Virus record (IMG/VR): IMGVR_UViG_3300031820_000003
Location: 1 to 64,000 of that record
Reading direction: 5' to 3' (one strand)
DNA: 64,000 nt
DNA from: a virus
Taxonomy: Duplodnaviria; Caudoviricetes
A program made the position numbers and the translations under genes. Within the stretch, counting starts at the first letter, position 1. Every line of letters starts with the position of its first letter. Below, in pieces: positions 1 through 9,071 of this stretch. Under the pieces are notes generated by a model. It had not been told where the DNA came from and did no database searches. It was given only the letters and a program-made list of their open reading frames with translations.

Positions 1-122
1 GGTATCGTGATCGTGTTCGATGAGAACGGCGACATGCACACGAATTTCCGGTGCAACGATCAGGAGATGGCCTTAGCTGGCGCTCGGTTGCTTCACCTTG
101 CAAACACTTGATTCACAAGAGA
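1..122 (+). repeat. Direct repeat copy 1 (exact 122 bp; contains the 3' end of the gene at 47207-47419)
   Basis: Identical to 47309-47430, then near-match tgacacagtg vs cgacacaatg ending at a start codon. Confidence 0.97.
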
Positions 123-129
123 TGACACA

Positions 130-393
130 GTGAAATCTCTAACGCCGTTTGATCGACAGGTGCTTCTAACGATCGGCCGTAATTGTCGGCAGAACAGCCC
201 CATCAAGGCTCGTCATTGGACTGAGCCCCCGAGAAATATTCCGGGCGTCGAGGACGCGATACGCCATCTTGGCATGCACAAGATGATCCAAAGGAAGGGC
301 GGCCTTTGGTACAAGGTGCAGCCGACCGAGAAGGGATGGCGGCAGATCAAGTCAGAGAAGGAAAGCCGAGAATTCCTGGCGAGTATTGCCTAA
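130..393 (+). CDS. Hypothetical basic protein, possibly winged-helix (last early-strand gene of block 1)
   Basis: 87-aa ORF, GTG start at the position equivalent to the ATG at 47438. Confidence 0.6.
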   Translation: MKSLTPFDRQVLLTIGRNCRQNSPIKARHWTEPPRNIPGVEDAIRHLGMHKMIQRKGGLWYKVQPTEKGWRQIKSEKESREFLASIA

Positions 394-402
394 CCCGAAC
401 GA

Positions 403-600
403 ACACTTTAGGGGTGCGACCTGTAAAGCGTCGCGTCGAAATCGGTACAAAAACTAAAGTGTGATTCCCGCGGAGTCTTGCCTAATGTGAGAATGGAAAC
501 TCGTGGCAGCCGGCGGGACGCCGGGGCTCTACTAGGGCCGAGCTGGCAACACCTGAATCCTAGTTGGTTGGTGAGCCAGATGGGTCGCACCCATCCCACG
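403..600. ncRNA. Candidate structured RNA in a convergent intergenic gap
   Basis: 403-411 pairs with 454-462, 412-421 pairs with 583-592, plus local hairpins CCGGCG/CGCCGG, ACTAGG/CCTAGT and GATGGGT/ACCCATC. Confidence 0.35.
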
Positions 601-622
601 GGGCCATTTTCGCCGTCTCGGC

Positions 623-1063
623 CTAATGCGACAATGGCGAAGTCACAGTGAACTCGACCTCCGGCAGCTTCACCACCACCGGCCATAGTTCAAAGAACGG
701 CGCGCACGAAAACGCCAAACTCGTGTTCAGCTTGGTGACGCCCCAAGGCATGGTGAACGGAACCTGCCATTCCCGATCAGAGATGTTGCCGTAGTCGGGC
801 AGTCCGAATATGCGGGCTTCAACTTGATGAGCAAATTTCAGGGAATCGATGAAGCTGGTGGACGCCGTGTAGGAGAAACAGTCATGCCGATGCCATTGAA
901 TTTGGCGTCGAACATCGATGATTTGCCCAGGCAGAACGCTGCCTGTGACTTCGCTGCCAAGTACAGTGATAGGGTCCATCCTGCTATAGAGCAGGGCTGA
1001 GGTCACAATAAGGGCGGCGAGGAGGGCTGAGAGGTGTTGCTTCCACCTCACGATACCATCCAT
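623..1063 (-). CDS. N-terminally membrane-anchored protein with periplasmic beta domain (lysis-cassette accessory)
   Basis: Start MDGIVR overlaps the upstream stop; TM segment LSALLAALIVTSALLY; last gene of the late operon. Confidence 0.6.
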   Translation of the reverse strand: MDGIVRWKQHLSALLAALIVTSALLYSRMDPITVLGSEVTGSVLPGQIIDVRRQIQWHRHDCFSYTASTSFIDSLKFAHQVEARIFGLPDYGNISDREWQVPFTMPWGVTKLNTSLAFSCAPFFELWPVVVKLPEVEFTVTSPLSH

Positions 1064-1302
1064 TTGAAGAACGATCGAATGTGCTCCCATCCGGCCCACA
1101 CTCCCGCGATCGTCGATCCGATGTATGCGACCCATATCCGACCGCTCGCCCAAAGCCAGTCCATTCTTTCCTGATCTCTAATGATCTTGCGAGCCTTTTG
1201 GTTCTCCAGAGGAGTCAAAGGCTCGCCAGAAAATTCATCGAGGGGATTGGCCATGTCAGGGCGCTTGGCCCTGATATAAGAGCTGATGAACGTCATGGCC
1301 AT
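1048..1302 (-). CDS. Small membrane protein, holin/antiholin-like
   Basis: C-terminal TM segment IWVAYIGSTIAGVWAGW; lysis-region position. Confidence 0.5.
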   Translation of the reverse strand: MAMTFISSYIRAKRPDMANPLDEFSGEPLTPLENQKARKIIRDQERMDWLWASGRIWVAYIGSTIAGVWAGWEHIRSFFKWMVS

Positions 1303-1321
1303 GAGCGATCATAGATCGTTC

Positions 1322-1993
1322 TCAGAAGTGACGATTCAGGCTGAGCCGAAACTCATTCTCACCCGTCTGCTGCGTAGGCAATCCGGCAACCGTCCCTGAC
1401 GTTCCACCCTGGCCATAGGTGTAGCGTAGGTACTCGGCCGTCGCCGTGACGTTCGTAGCGAGCAAGAACTCCGCGCCGGCACCGCTCACCAGGCTGGGCT
1501 GCCCATGCCGCCATTCCTCGCCAATCACCGCGTAGGGCGTCATCAGAGAGGATAGGAACTGCTGCGGCAGGGTCGGGGTGGCTGTCCCCTGGACGCCCGC
1601 ACCGAAAGCCTGGGCCAGTGAATAGCCAAGCCGAGCCTTGACGCCATAGGTCAGGCGGTCACGGAAGGCCACGGGCAGAGCATTGAGACCTGCATTGAGC
1701 GAGGCATCGTAGTCCACATCAGCAAGAAAGGCTGCATACCACTGGCCATTGTAGAACTCGTAGCCGGCCTGGACGCCGATGCCGAATCCGTTCTGGGCAA
1801 TCCCAGTCAGCCCGGTGCCGAGCACATCCAAATTGCCGCCGGCATTGGCGATGTTGCCGCCGATGAAGAAGCCGGTACAGGACTGCAGTGTGCAGGACGC
1901 CTTGGGCAGGACAGGCGCTTTGACCGGCAGCACAGTCATGTCAGCCGCGAAGGCAGCCGAGCTCGACAGCAGAAGGGCAATGATCGTTCGCAT
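1322..1993 (-). CDS. Outer-membrane beta-barrel, Omp25/Omp31/RopB-like
   Basis: Signal MRTIIALLLSSSAAFA-ADM..VKAP, TGFFIGG motif, alternating beta strands, C-terminal Phe (LSLNRHF), GGAG RBS. Confidence 0.85.
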   Translation of the reverse strand: MRTIIALLLSSSAAFAADMTVLPVKAPVLPKASCTLQSCTGFFIGGNIANAGGNLDVLGTGLTGIAQNGFGIGVQAGYEFYNGQWYAAFLADVDYDASLNAGLNALPVAFRDRLTYGVKARLGYSLAQAFGAGVQGTATPTLPQQFLSSLMTPYAVIGEEWRHGQPSLVSGAGAEFLLATNVTATAEYLRYTYGQGGTSGTVAGLPTQQTGENEFRLSLNRHF

Positions 1994-2006
1994 TGTCGTC
2001 TCCATG

Positions 2007-2174
2007 TTACGATGACTTGTTCGGCACGAAGTAAACGAGAAGTGGTGTTGCGATGGCCACAATGGCAGTGACGGCATCTTGATTGACGGTGACGTGTTGC
2101 CCAAACACAACATTGGCGACGCTCACACCCGCCATGATCAACGCTACAATGGCCTTGTCCTTATCGGTGATCAT
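2007..2174 (-). CDS. Putative holin (55 aa, two TM segments; below the ORF-track cutoff)
   Basis: MITDKDKAIVALIMAGVSVANVVFGQHVTVNQDAVTAIVAIATPLLVYFVPNKSS; overlaps the endolysin stop. Confidence 0.65.
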   Translation of the reverse strand: MITDKDKAIVALIMAGVSVANVVFGQHVTVNQDAVTAIVAIATPLLVYFVPNKSS

Positions 2175-2701
2175 ACGATCGCTCCATTGTTGCCCACATA
2201 ATTCCCGTTCAGGAAAATGTCGTGCTCGGCTTTACGGCGCCGGACGAGACCGGACAGAACGCGGCCAGACGCAATGTCGTAGAGCGCGAAGTCTCGAGCC
2301 GCGAGATTGTAGTTGCCTTCATTCAGCGCGCCGGTCAGCGAGCAGTGCGGATGGGCGAGCCAGCCCGTGTTGAACTGGAAACTAACGAGCGCATCGAACT
2401 GCTGCTGCGTGAGGGGAACCTTGATGTATTGACTGACCTCGTGCTCGACGGCGGCAAGGTCTGACTTCAGGATGTCGTCGGCATCATCAACTGTGATCTC
2501 CTGGCCCACATAGACTTCAGGTTTGCCGGCAGCCGACGTATGACCGTAGCCAATCGTCAGCGTGCCGCGCACTTCCTGACCGGGCTTGACAATGTGGTCG
2601 TTGTAGTCATCGTAAGCTCGCAGGAACAAGCCCTCGTAGCTTTCAATGAACGCGCGGCCCTTGTCAGACGTCATCATCGGATGAGCCCCCATGCGTACCA
2701 T
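2171..2701 (-). CDS. Endolysin, GH24 lysozyme
   Basis: IESYEG..AYDD..TIGYGHT, LTQQQFDALVSFQFN, GLVRRRKAE motifs; AGGA RBS. Confidence 0.92.
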   Translation of the reverse strand: MVRMGAHPMMTSDKGRAFIESYEGLFLRAYDDYNDHIVKPGQEVRGTLTIGYGHTSAAGKPEVYVGQEITVDDADDILKSDLAAVEHEVSQYIKVPLTQQQFDALVSFQFNTGWLAHPHCSLTGALNEGNYNLAARDFALYDIASGRVLSGLVRRRKAEHDIFLNGNYVGNNGAIV

Positions 2702-2759
2702 TATCGAATTCCTGCGCTGGTACTTGCCGCGCCACTGGAAACGATGGAAAAGCTGCTGA

Positions 2760-4664
2760 TCACAACACGTAATCGACTTCGCAAAAGCCTGCAGCTCCGG
2801 TGCCGCCGCCTTCGCCAGTCCCCGCACCACCGCTGCCGCCCGATGCCGGCACGACTGCATTGATGCCTATCGTGCTGCCGGTCGTAGCCAGAGGAATAGC
2901 GCCAGACCCGAAACGGGAACCGCCGCCTTGACCGCCCCAGAGAAACGATCCCGGGATAGAAGTTCCCGTGCCTCCGGTTGCTCCGGTATTTGATGCAGTA
3001 GCCCCACCACCCGGTACGCCACCCGCACCACCCGTACCACCACCGCTAGTCACCCCGGTGCCGCCGGTGCCGCCCCCGGCAGATAGAGTTGTAAGTCCCG
3101 TTGCAGCAATTGAGGTCGCGCCGCCGTTACCACCGTTGCCGCCGGTGTTCGCGCCCGCGGTCCCGCCGGCGCCTTTCGTGATCGTAACGACAACGCCGCC
3201 CGCAACACCGTTGAAGGTTCCTTCGATATGTGCGCCGGCGCCGCCACCGCCACCCGCAGCCGTACCGTTTGAACCACCGCCACCCCCACCACCACCATCG
3301 CAGCTATAGTGATAGACCGTCGAGGTGGTCGAATTTGCGTCGGTCGTGAATGTCGCGGCCTGATAATGCAGTACCGCAGCGTTGGTTACTGTACAGGTTC
3401 CCGACGTTGTAATCGTGCAGGTGCCGCTGACGCTGATTCCTGTGCCAGCCGCGATCGCTGCGCTGGTCACCGTTCCAGTGCCAGTCGCTGTTACCCATGA
3501 TGGATTGGCGGCCGCACCGCCGCTCTGCAGCAATTGTCCGCTGCTGCCGGGAGCCAGCGCGACCCAGGACGAGGCATTGCGATAGAGGATATCGCCCTGC
3601 GTCGAGGCAATGGCGCTGTCGATGATGGCACTCAGGCCATCTGCCGCCGGCACCGCCGAGCTGCCGCTGATATTGGCCAGGATCGTGTTGTTGGCGATGG
3701 ATGGCAGCTGCGCGAGTGTGGCCTGTCCGGTCAGGGACGAGAAGGCCGGCGTGCAGGTATTCACCGAGGCTGCCGTAATGAGGCCCTTGCCGTTGACCGT
3801 CACGGTCAGGCATTGCGTGGCCGAGCCGAAGGTGCCGACGTTGCTGTTGACGGTCGCGAGCGTCGTAGCAAAGGTGACGGTGCCCGATCCGGTCACGTCG
3901 CCGGTCAGCGTGGTTGACCCGATCGTGCCGCCATCAGCGATGACCTTGCCGGTCGTGCCGCTGAAGACAGCGACGTGGTTATTGACCGCGCTGATCGGCC
4001 CCACGACGTTCCCGAGGCCAAGACCGGGCGAGGCCAGCGATGGATTGCCGTTCGCATCGAAGATGAAGAACTGACTGGCCCGTGTGGCTGCCGGCGATAG
4101 GACGCTGAGCGTTTCGCCCGGCGGGGCCTGTACGGTACGACCGGCCAAATCGTTTGTCTTGTCCCAAGTCTCGCGGTTCTCCGCGGTGAGCTCGGTCAGC
4201 GCCTGATTGAGATCACGGGCAGCAACGCCGCGGTTCTCGGTGAATTGCACAGTTCGGCGCGGGCGTTCGGCCCCGACGATCTGTACCGTTCCGGTCTGGG
4301 CCGAATTGAAGGTCAGGACCGCATTGGTGATCGGCCGCGGAATGGTGGCAAGCGCGCCTGTTACGCTCGAGAGCGACCAGCCAAAAGTTGGGTCGGTCGA
4401 TAGATAGCGGGTGCCCGCGATCCATACTTCGATCCACTCATCAACGTCAGTGCCCGAGGCGAAGATGGCAAAATTGACCGCGCAGGCGCAGGTCGTCGAC
4501 GAGATCGTATAGCTAGTCCGTCTTTCGGTGTCGGGCAGGGCGGGGACGGGAGGCGGGACTTGAGCTATCGCCGCTCCAATCCCAAAAGAAAAGGGGGCTA
4601 CGGCCAGAGCTAGGAAGCTGACCGCAGCCAGTCTTGGGAGGAACCTTCGACGAGATGTCGTCAT
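2760..4664 (-). CDS. Tail fibre (T7 gp17-like N-terminal adapter, Gly-rich C-terminus) with a Tat-like leader
   Basis: Leader MTTSRRRFL..AIA-Q; adapter-like RPRRT..FTENRG..LNQAL; Gly-rich tip; follows the ejection genes. Confidence 0.8.
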   Translation of the reverse strand: MTTSRRRFLPRLAAVSFLALAVAPFSFGIGAAIAQVPPPVPALPDTERRTSYTISSTTCACAVNFAIFASGTDVDEWIEVWIAGTRYLSTDPTFGWSLSSVTGALATIPRPITNAVLTFNSAQTGTVQIVGAERPRRTVQFTENRGVAARDLNQALTELTAENRETWDKTNDLAGRTVQAPPGETLSVLSPAATRASQFFIFDANGNPSLASPGLGLGNVVGPISAVNNHVAVFSGTTGKVIADGGTIGSTTLTGDVTGSGTVTFATTLATVNSNVGTFGSATQCLTVTVNGKGLITAASVNTCTPAFSSLTGQATLAQLPSIANNTILANISGSSAVPAADGLSAIIDSAIASTQGDILYRNASSWVALAPGSSGQLLQSGGAAANPSWVTATGTGTVTSAAIAAGTGISVSGTCTITTSGTCTVTNAAVLHYQAATFTTDANSTTSTVYHYSCDGGGGGGGGSNGTAAGGGGGAGAHIEGTFNGVAGGVVVTITKGAGGTAGANTGGNGGNGGATSIAATGLTTLSAGGGTGGTGVTSGGGTGGAGGVPGGGATASNTGATGGTGTSIPGSFLWGGQGGGSRFGSGAIPLATTGSTIGINAVVPASGGSGGAGTGEGGGTGAAGFCEVDYVL

Positions 4665-4748
4665 GACGCGCGCAGGATGGCGGTCGGCGCCGCCTCGGCA
4701 ACGCACGTTCATGATCGTTACGGGCCAGAATCGCCAGATAGCGCCGTC

Positions 4749-7700
4749 TCAATGAATGGCAGCTCCAGGCCACTGACTGGGGTCGCGGTTGAGCGGCTTC
4801 ACGCCCATGCTCTCATTGAAACCGTCCTCGGCCGCATCAAGCAGCCGCCGCACCGCAAACAGATTCTGCAGGAAGATTGCCTGCCGCATCTTGTGGGTAT
4901 CCATGGCTGTCCACGTCCCATGGAACGCATCGTTCACTCCACCGGCGATACCCTCCATCTTGGAATAGGTCGGGCCCAGCAGCTCCGACAGGGCGCTGTT
5001 GGACTGCCGGCGGGATAGCGGATGGTCGGCCCCGATCGCCCGGAACATGTCGGTCGACCCACCGGTGAACTTGGCCTGCATGGAATTGAGTTCGGTGAAC
5101 CAGCCCAGGATGGCCGACCGGGAAATGCCTTCCTTGATCCAGTCCTGGGGCCGCTCGCTGGTCGGCGCACCACTCCATAGGGTGTAGGCGCGGTAGGAGA
5201 TCATGCCCATCCCTAGGCTCGCCACGAGCCCCTGGAGGGTGCGGCCATCCATCTGCTGGAGGTTCGAGATCAGAATCTTCTCATGCGCGGCCGCCACGAA
5301 GCTCTTGTACTGCCCGAGCAGGCTGACCACCGGGCCGGACATCCAAAGGGGCTTCTCCATGCCCGGGGTTAGGACCGCCTGGTCAGCGGACCGCGCCACG
5401 GCCGAGGAGAACACGTCCCGGGCCTGGGTATCCTTCCAGTCCGCGGTGTTGGCCACATGGGTCCCGGTCCCGAACTCCTGGCCGCCACCGTCCTTGTAGG
5501 CTTTCCAGATGCGGGTCGCCATGGTGGCGTCGATCCCCGCCAGGGCCATCCGCTCGGTATCCTTGGCCGTCTGAGTGCTGCCGGCGAAGCGCTCCGCGGT
5601 GCGCAGGAACTCGGCTCCCGCCACCGTACCAGCAACGGTCTTCATGCCGTCGGTCCAGGGCCCATGCAGGTTGACCATCATGGACTTGTCGGCAGCCCAG
5701 GCCAGTGCGCGCTCGAACTTGGACCCCGGCATATGGTTGTCGATGACGTCGCCCCACTGATGCGACAGATGACCAATAGCCGAGTCGATCCCGACCCCCA
5801 TGTCCTTCATGGACTGCCGGGCCGCCGTGCCGAACCCGTCACCCAGCCCAATCATCGATTTCAGGAATGGGGCATAACCGTCCCGGAAGACGTTCATCAG
5901 GCCGTGCCGCCAGACCGCATTGGTGGCGTCGGTCATGCGGTTGAAGACCGAGGTACCCAGATCGGTGATGAGATTGTAGCTGCGGGCCGCGTTGGCAATC
6001 CGGGCTGCATTGGGCTGGGTCTTGGCGAGCTCCCAGCCATAGACGCCGCGGACCCGGTCGCGCGTGGCGGCAAGGTCGCGGACCATGGCCTTGCGCTCCC
6101 GGTCGAGCGCCTGCGCCTGCTTCTCAGTCTTAGCGCCAGCCAGCCGAGCGTCGTACTCCTCGTTGAGCTGCTTGAAGACCTGCTGCATCTCGACATCACC
6201 GAATCGGTCGGTCAGGTGAATGTCAGGCAGCGCGGTCCGCAAATGGGCGGCAATGACGTGCTCGGTGTCCGTGTTGACGAAGTCCCGCACCAGCGAGGTC
6301 GGGATAGCGAAGTCGCGGGCATTGAGCGAGCCGCGGACCTGCTGCTGCTCACCGGGCGGCCCAATGACCGGCCCGCCGCTGGCGATGTCGTAGGGCAGCC
6401 GGCCGTCAGGCGCTGTGTTGATGCGGTTGATGATCTCGGCGGCGCGGCCCTCCAGCTCCTGCCGCGACAGGTCGCGATCGGACTTGAGGATTGCCTTGAC
6501 AGCCCGGTCGACCGAACTGTCGGCGCTTTCCAGTCGGCCAGGCTCGCCCTTGAATTCCCCCGCCGCGATCTTCTCAGCCCGCAGCTGCTCTGCCTTCTCG
6601 CGCGCCTTGAGTGCGGCCTTGGCCTCCTGCGCCGATGTGCCATTCCAGTCCGCAATTTCCTTCTCGATCTTGGCCCGCATGGCCTGAGCGTGATCGGTCT
6701 CCTGGATCAACTGCTGCTCGAGCGTTTCAATCTCGCCTTCCTTGCCAGACGCCTGATCAGCGAGCTGATTGCCGCGGCCGCGAATCTTGGTCTCGAAGAC
6801 TGCCCCGCCGCGGGCATTTTCGATCCGCTTCTTTTCCGCGGTACGCAACGTTTCAGCCCGCTGATAGGCGAACTTGTTGAGGCGCGTAATCTCTTCGGCC
6901 TTGTCCTGCAGGGCTTCCAGCGCATCGGTACGGCCGGATAGCTTGGCCTCGATCTTCGCGATATTCAATTCATGCGACTTGAGCGCTCCGCTATAGACCT
7001 GTAGCCGCTCCTTTGCCGCCGCCTTCAGGCTCTGCTCGCTCTCCAGCCAATCGGTGAAAATGCGCTTGACGTCATTGAACCGCGCCGCGATAGCCGGCTT
7101 GTTCCATAGCCGCGGGAAGAATGACTTGTCCCCCTTGGGCGGCTCGAGCGCCTCGGCCAGCATGGGCTTGCCGTCCGGTCCCATGGTGCGCTGGGCCAGC
7201 CGCATGACCGGGTCGAGCACCTGGGACCGAATTTGCTTTGCAGCCGCAGCCACCTCCGGGACGGCATGCACATCGCCGTCGGTCATGGCCGACGACACCG
7301 CCGTCTTGAAGTCATCGAATGACAGCTTGCCGGGCGCCTGCCCGCGCATGTCCTGGATGGTCGCAGCGGCTGTCGGCAGCTTGCTGTCCTGCAAGCCACG
7401 GTACTTGATGAACTGATCGCGCAGGATTTGGCTGTTCGTCAGCTGCCCCTCATGAGCCTGCATCTTGACCAGCCGGTCGACCGGGATGCCACCGCGCGCC
7501 GTGGTGATGCCCTGGTCGGCCTGGGTGAAGCGCAGCGAAGTCTCGGCCAGATCGCCCATGGCGCGCTTGGCGATCAGCGATGCCGACGAGAACACCCGCA
7601 GCGTCGGCGAGAAGCCCATCAATATCTTGCTGGTGTAGTCGAGCGCACCGCCCACGCCGGGCACCTGCCGCAACGCGTGCATGGCATTCTCGGGCAGTAG

Positions 7701-9071
7701 GATGCGCGACAGCTGCATCGTGCGCCGGTCGGATTCGGCGGCGCTCAAATTGCTAGTCAAATTCCGCAGTTCAGATTGCTTCACCTCGCTTGATACAGGA
7801 ACTCCGTTCTTGTGCGTGATCTCGATATCGCTGTCGTCAAAGACGACGTAATGCTTTCCTTTATTCCAATCATAGCGGTTCGCTTTTATTCCAGCTTCTT
7901 TCAGGGCTGAAGTTGCCGCATCTTCACTTCCAGTTTTTTTGACAAGACTCTCATAGAGAGTTTGTCCAGTACTTCCAACTTCAACCCCATTTTGTTCTGC
8001 CAACTCCTTAACCTTGCTTGATTGGTCAGAAATTTTTGCACTCAAGTCCAATATCTTGTCGGGCTCTATTTTTATATTTGTTCGATAAACCGTTGCCTTC
8101 GGACCGCCGCCGGCATCAATGCTAAACCAGCGCGCCTCATCAGCGTCTGTCGTAAAATGAAACCCACGTCCAAATCCAGCCTCTCCAGTCCCTGTGCCAA
8201 TTTTTGTAGGATCAAATTTGTCGAAGCTATAGGGCGACCCATGATATAGTAGAGTCTTTGTGAGGGTCTGCGGCTCGGGCGCCTCGTGCGGGACCAGCTC
8301 GGTCTTGTCGACAAAGGGAAGCTCGCCCTGGTCGGCCCGGGCCAACTCCTGCTCGAATATCTTCTTCTCGGCCGCGTTCGTGATGACAGAAAAGCGCTGC
8401 GGGGCCGGCGTCAAATCCTTACGGATGCTCTCCAGCCCATCCTTGGCTGCGGTTCGCTCGGCCGGCGACAGAAGCCCCAAGCCCCCGCCAACCAGCCCCA
8501 TCAAGAGCGTATTCGTGGCGATGTTCTCAGCACTTTCGGCCGGCGTGCGCGTGACCTGACTGACCTGCAGCGCCGCCTCGGAGACGCTCGACTTGAGCGC
8601 GCCCTCAATCATGCCATGGGCCGCGCGACCGGCTATAGACAGCCCTGCGGCACCCGCGCGCACCTCACCGGCGATCGGGATGAACCAGGACGGATCGGTC
8701 AGGCCAGCCGCCACCGACGACACCGTGCCGAACCAGCCGGATGCGGCCAGCGTCTGCCGATCCTTGACCTCGGCGTTCTTCTTGGCAATCCGGGCATCTG
8801 TCTGCGCCGGGTTGACGTCGGCTAGCGACTGCTCGATCAGGTCGTCGTCCTTGGTGCCGGACAGCCGGTCGACCGGGTTGTAGCCCGGCACCGGCGCCAT
8901 GTCGGGCCGCGAGCGGGATAGAGCATCCAGCACGGATACGACCGGGTTGTTCTGCCGGAAGGCGGCCCCGATCGTCTCCTGGGTGGTCGGCTCATGGAAG
9001 GGCGGCGGCTCGGGCAGGCCGAGCGGTACACGGCCATCCAATGGGTCCTGGCCTTCGGAGAAGAACGGCAT
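4749..9071 (-). CDS. Large internal virion (DNA ejection) protein, T7 gp16 positional analogue
   Basis: 1440 aa, helical and Ala-rich; C-terminal GQYKSF..LQQMDG and W..EG..RS..LG motifs typical of podoviral ejection proteins. Confidence 0.8.
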   Translation of the reverse strand: MPFFSEGQDPLDGRVPLGLPEPPPFHEPTTQETIGAAFRQNNPVVSVLDALSRSRPDMAPVPGYNPVDRLSGTKDDDLIEQSLADVNPAQTDARIAKKNAEVKDRQTLAASGWFGTVSSVAAGLTDPSWFIPIAGEVRAGAAGLSIAGRAAHGMIEGALKSSVSEAALQVSQVTRTPAESAENIATNTLLMGLVGGGLGLLSPAERTAAKDGLESIRKDLTPAPQRFSVITNAAEKKIFEQELARADQGELPFVDKTELVPHEAPEPQTLTKTLLYHGSPYSFDKFDPTKIGTGTGEAGFGRGFHFTTDADEARWFSIDAGGGPKATVYRTNIKIEPDKILDLSAKISDQSSKVKELAEQNGVEVGSTGQTLYESLVKKTGSEDAATSALKEAGIKANRYDWNKGKHYVVFDDSDIEITHKNGVPVSSEVKQSELRNLTSNLSAAESDRRTMQLSRILLPENAMHALRQVPGVGGALDYTSKILMGFSPTLRVFSSASLIAKRAMGDLAETSLRFTQADQGITTARGGIPVDRLVKMQAHEGQLTNSQILRDQFIKYRGLQDSKLPTAAATIQDMRGQAPGKLSFDDFKTAVSSAMTDGDVHAVPEVAAAAKQIRSQVLDPVMRLAQRTMGPDGKPMLAEALEPPKGDKSFFPRLWNKPAIAARFNDVKRIFTDWLESEQSLKAAAKERLQVYSGALKSHELNIAKIEAKLSGRTDALEALQDKAEEITRLNKFAYQRAETLRTAEKKRIENARGGAVFETKIRGRGNQLADQASGKEGEIETLEQQLIQETDHAQAMRAKIEKEIADWNGTSAQEAKAALKAREKAEQLRAEKIAAGEFKGEPGRLESADSSVDRAVKAILKSDRDLSRQELEGRAAEIINRINTAPDGRLPYDIASGGPVIGPPGEQQQVRGSLNARDFAIPTSLVRDFVNTDTEHVIAAHLRTALPDIHLTDRFGDVEMQQVFKQLNEEYDARLAGAKTEKQAQALDRERKAMVRDLAATRDRVRGVYGWELAKTQPNAARIANAARSYNLITDLGTSVFNRMTDATNAVWRHGLMNVFRDGYAPFLKSMIGLGDGFGTAARQSMKDMGVGIDSAIGHLSHQWGDVIDNHMPGSKFERALAWAADKSMMVNLHGPWTDGMKTVAGTVAGAEFLRTAERFAGSTQTAKDTERMALAGIDATMATRIWKAYKDGGGQEFGTGTHVANTADWKDTQARDVFSSAVARSADQAVLTPGMEKPLWMSGPVVSLLGQYKSFVAAAHEKILISNLQQMDGRTLQGLVASLGMGMISYRAYTLWSGAPTSERPQDWIKEGISRSAILGWFTELNSMQAKFTGGSTDMFRAIGADHPLSRRQSNSALSELLGPTYSKMEGIAGGVNDAFHGTWTAMDTHKMRQAIFLQNLFAVRRLLDAAEDGFNESMGVKPLNRDPSQWPGAAIH
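7745..8262 (-). other. In-frame low-GC ADP-ribosyltransferase-like domain (ART-PolyVal type); boundaries approximate
   Basis: YHGS..FDKFD...G.GF.FT..A and EAGI....YVVFD motifs; G+C 23/60 at 8041-8100 vs 40/60 at 7201-7260. Confidence 0.65.

Noticed and set aside
1-122. attL/attR of an integrated prophage
   Set aside because: The repeat lies inside a phage gene far from int, and no host genes flank it
411-610. Group II intron (GTGCG start)
   Set aside because: No convincing domain V/VI, no IEP, far too short
2940-3310. Tandem DNA repeats or a Pro-rich plus-strand protein
   Set aside because: Reflects the Gly-rich fibre tip on the minus strand
5457-6941. 494-aa plus-strand ORF, and similar long ORFs at 15003, 20739, 22041, 27295 and 55470
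   Set aside because: Antisense shadows of high-GC genes that have clear motifs on the minus strand; no RBS or domain signal
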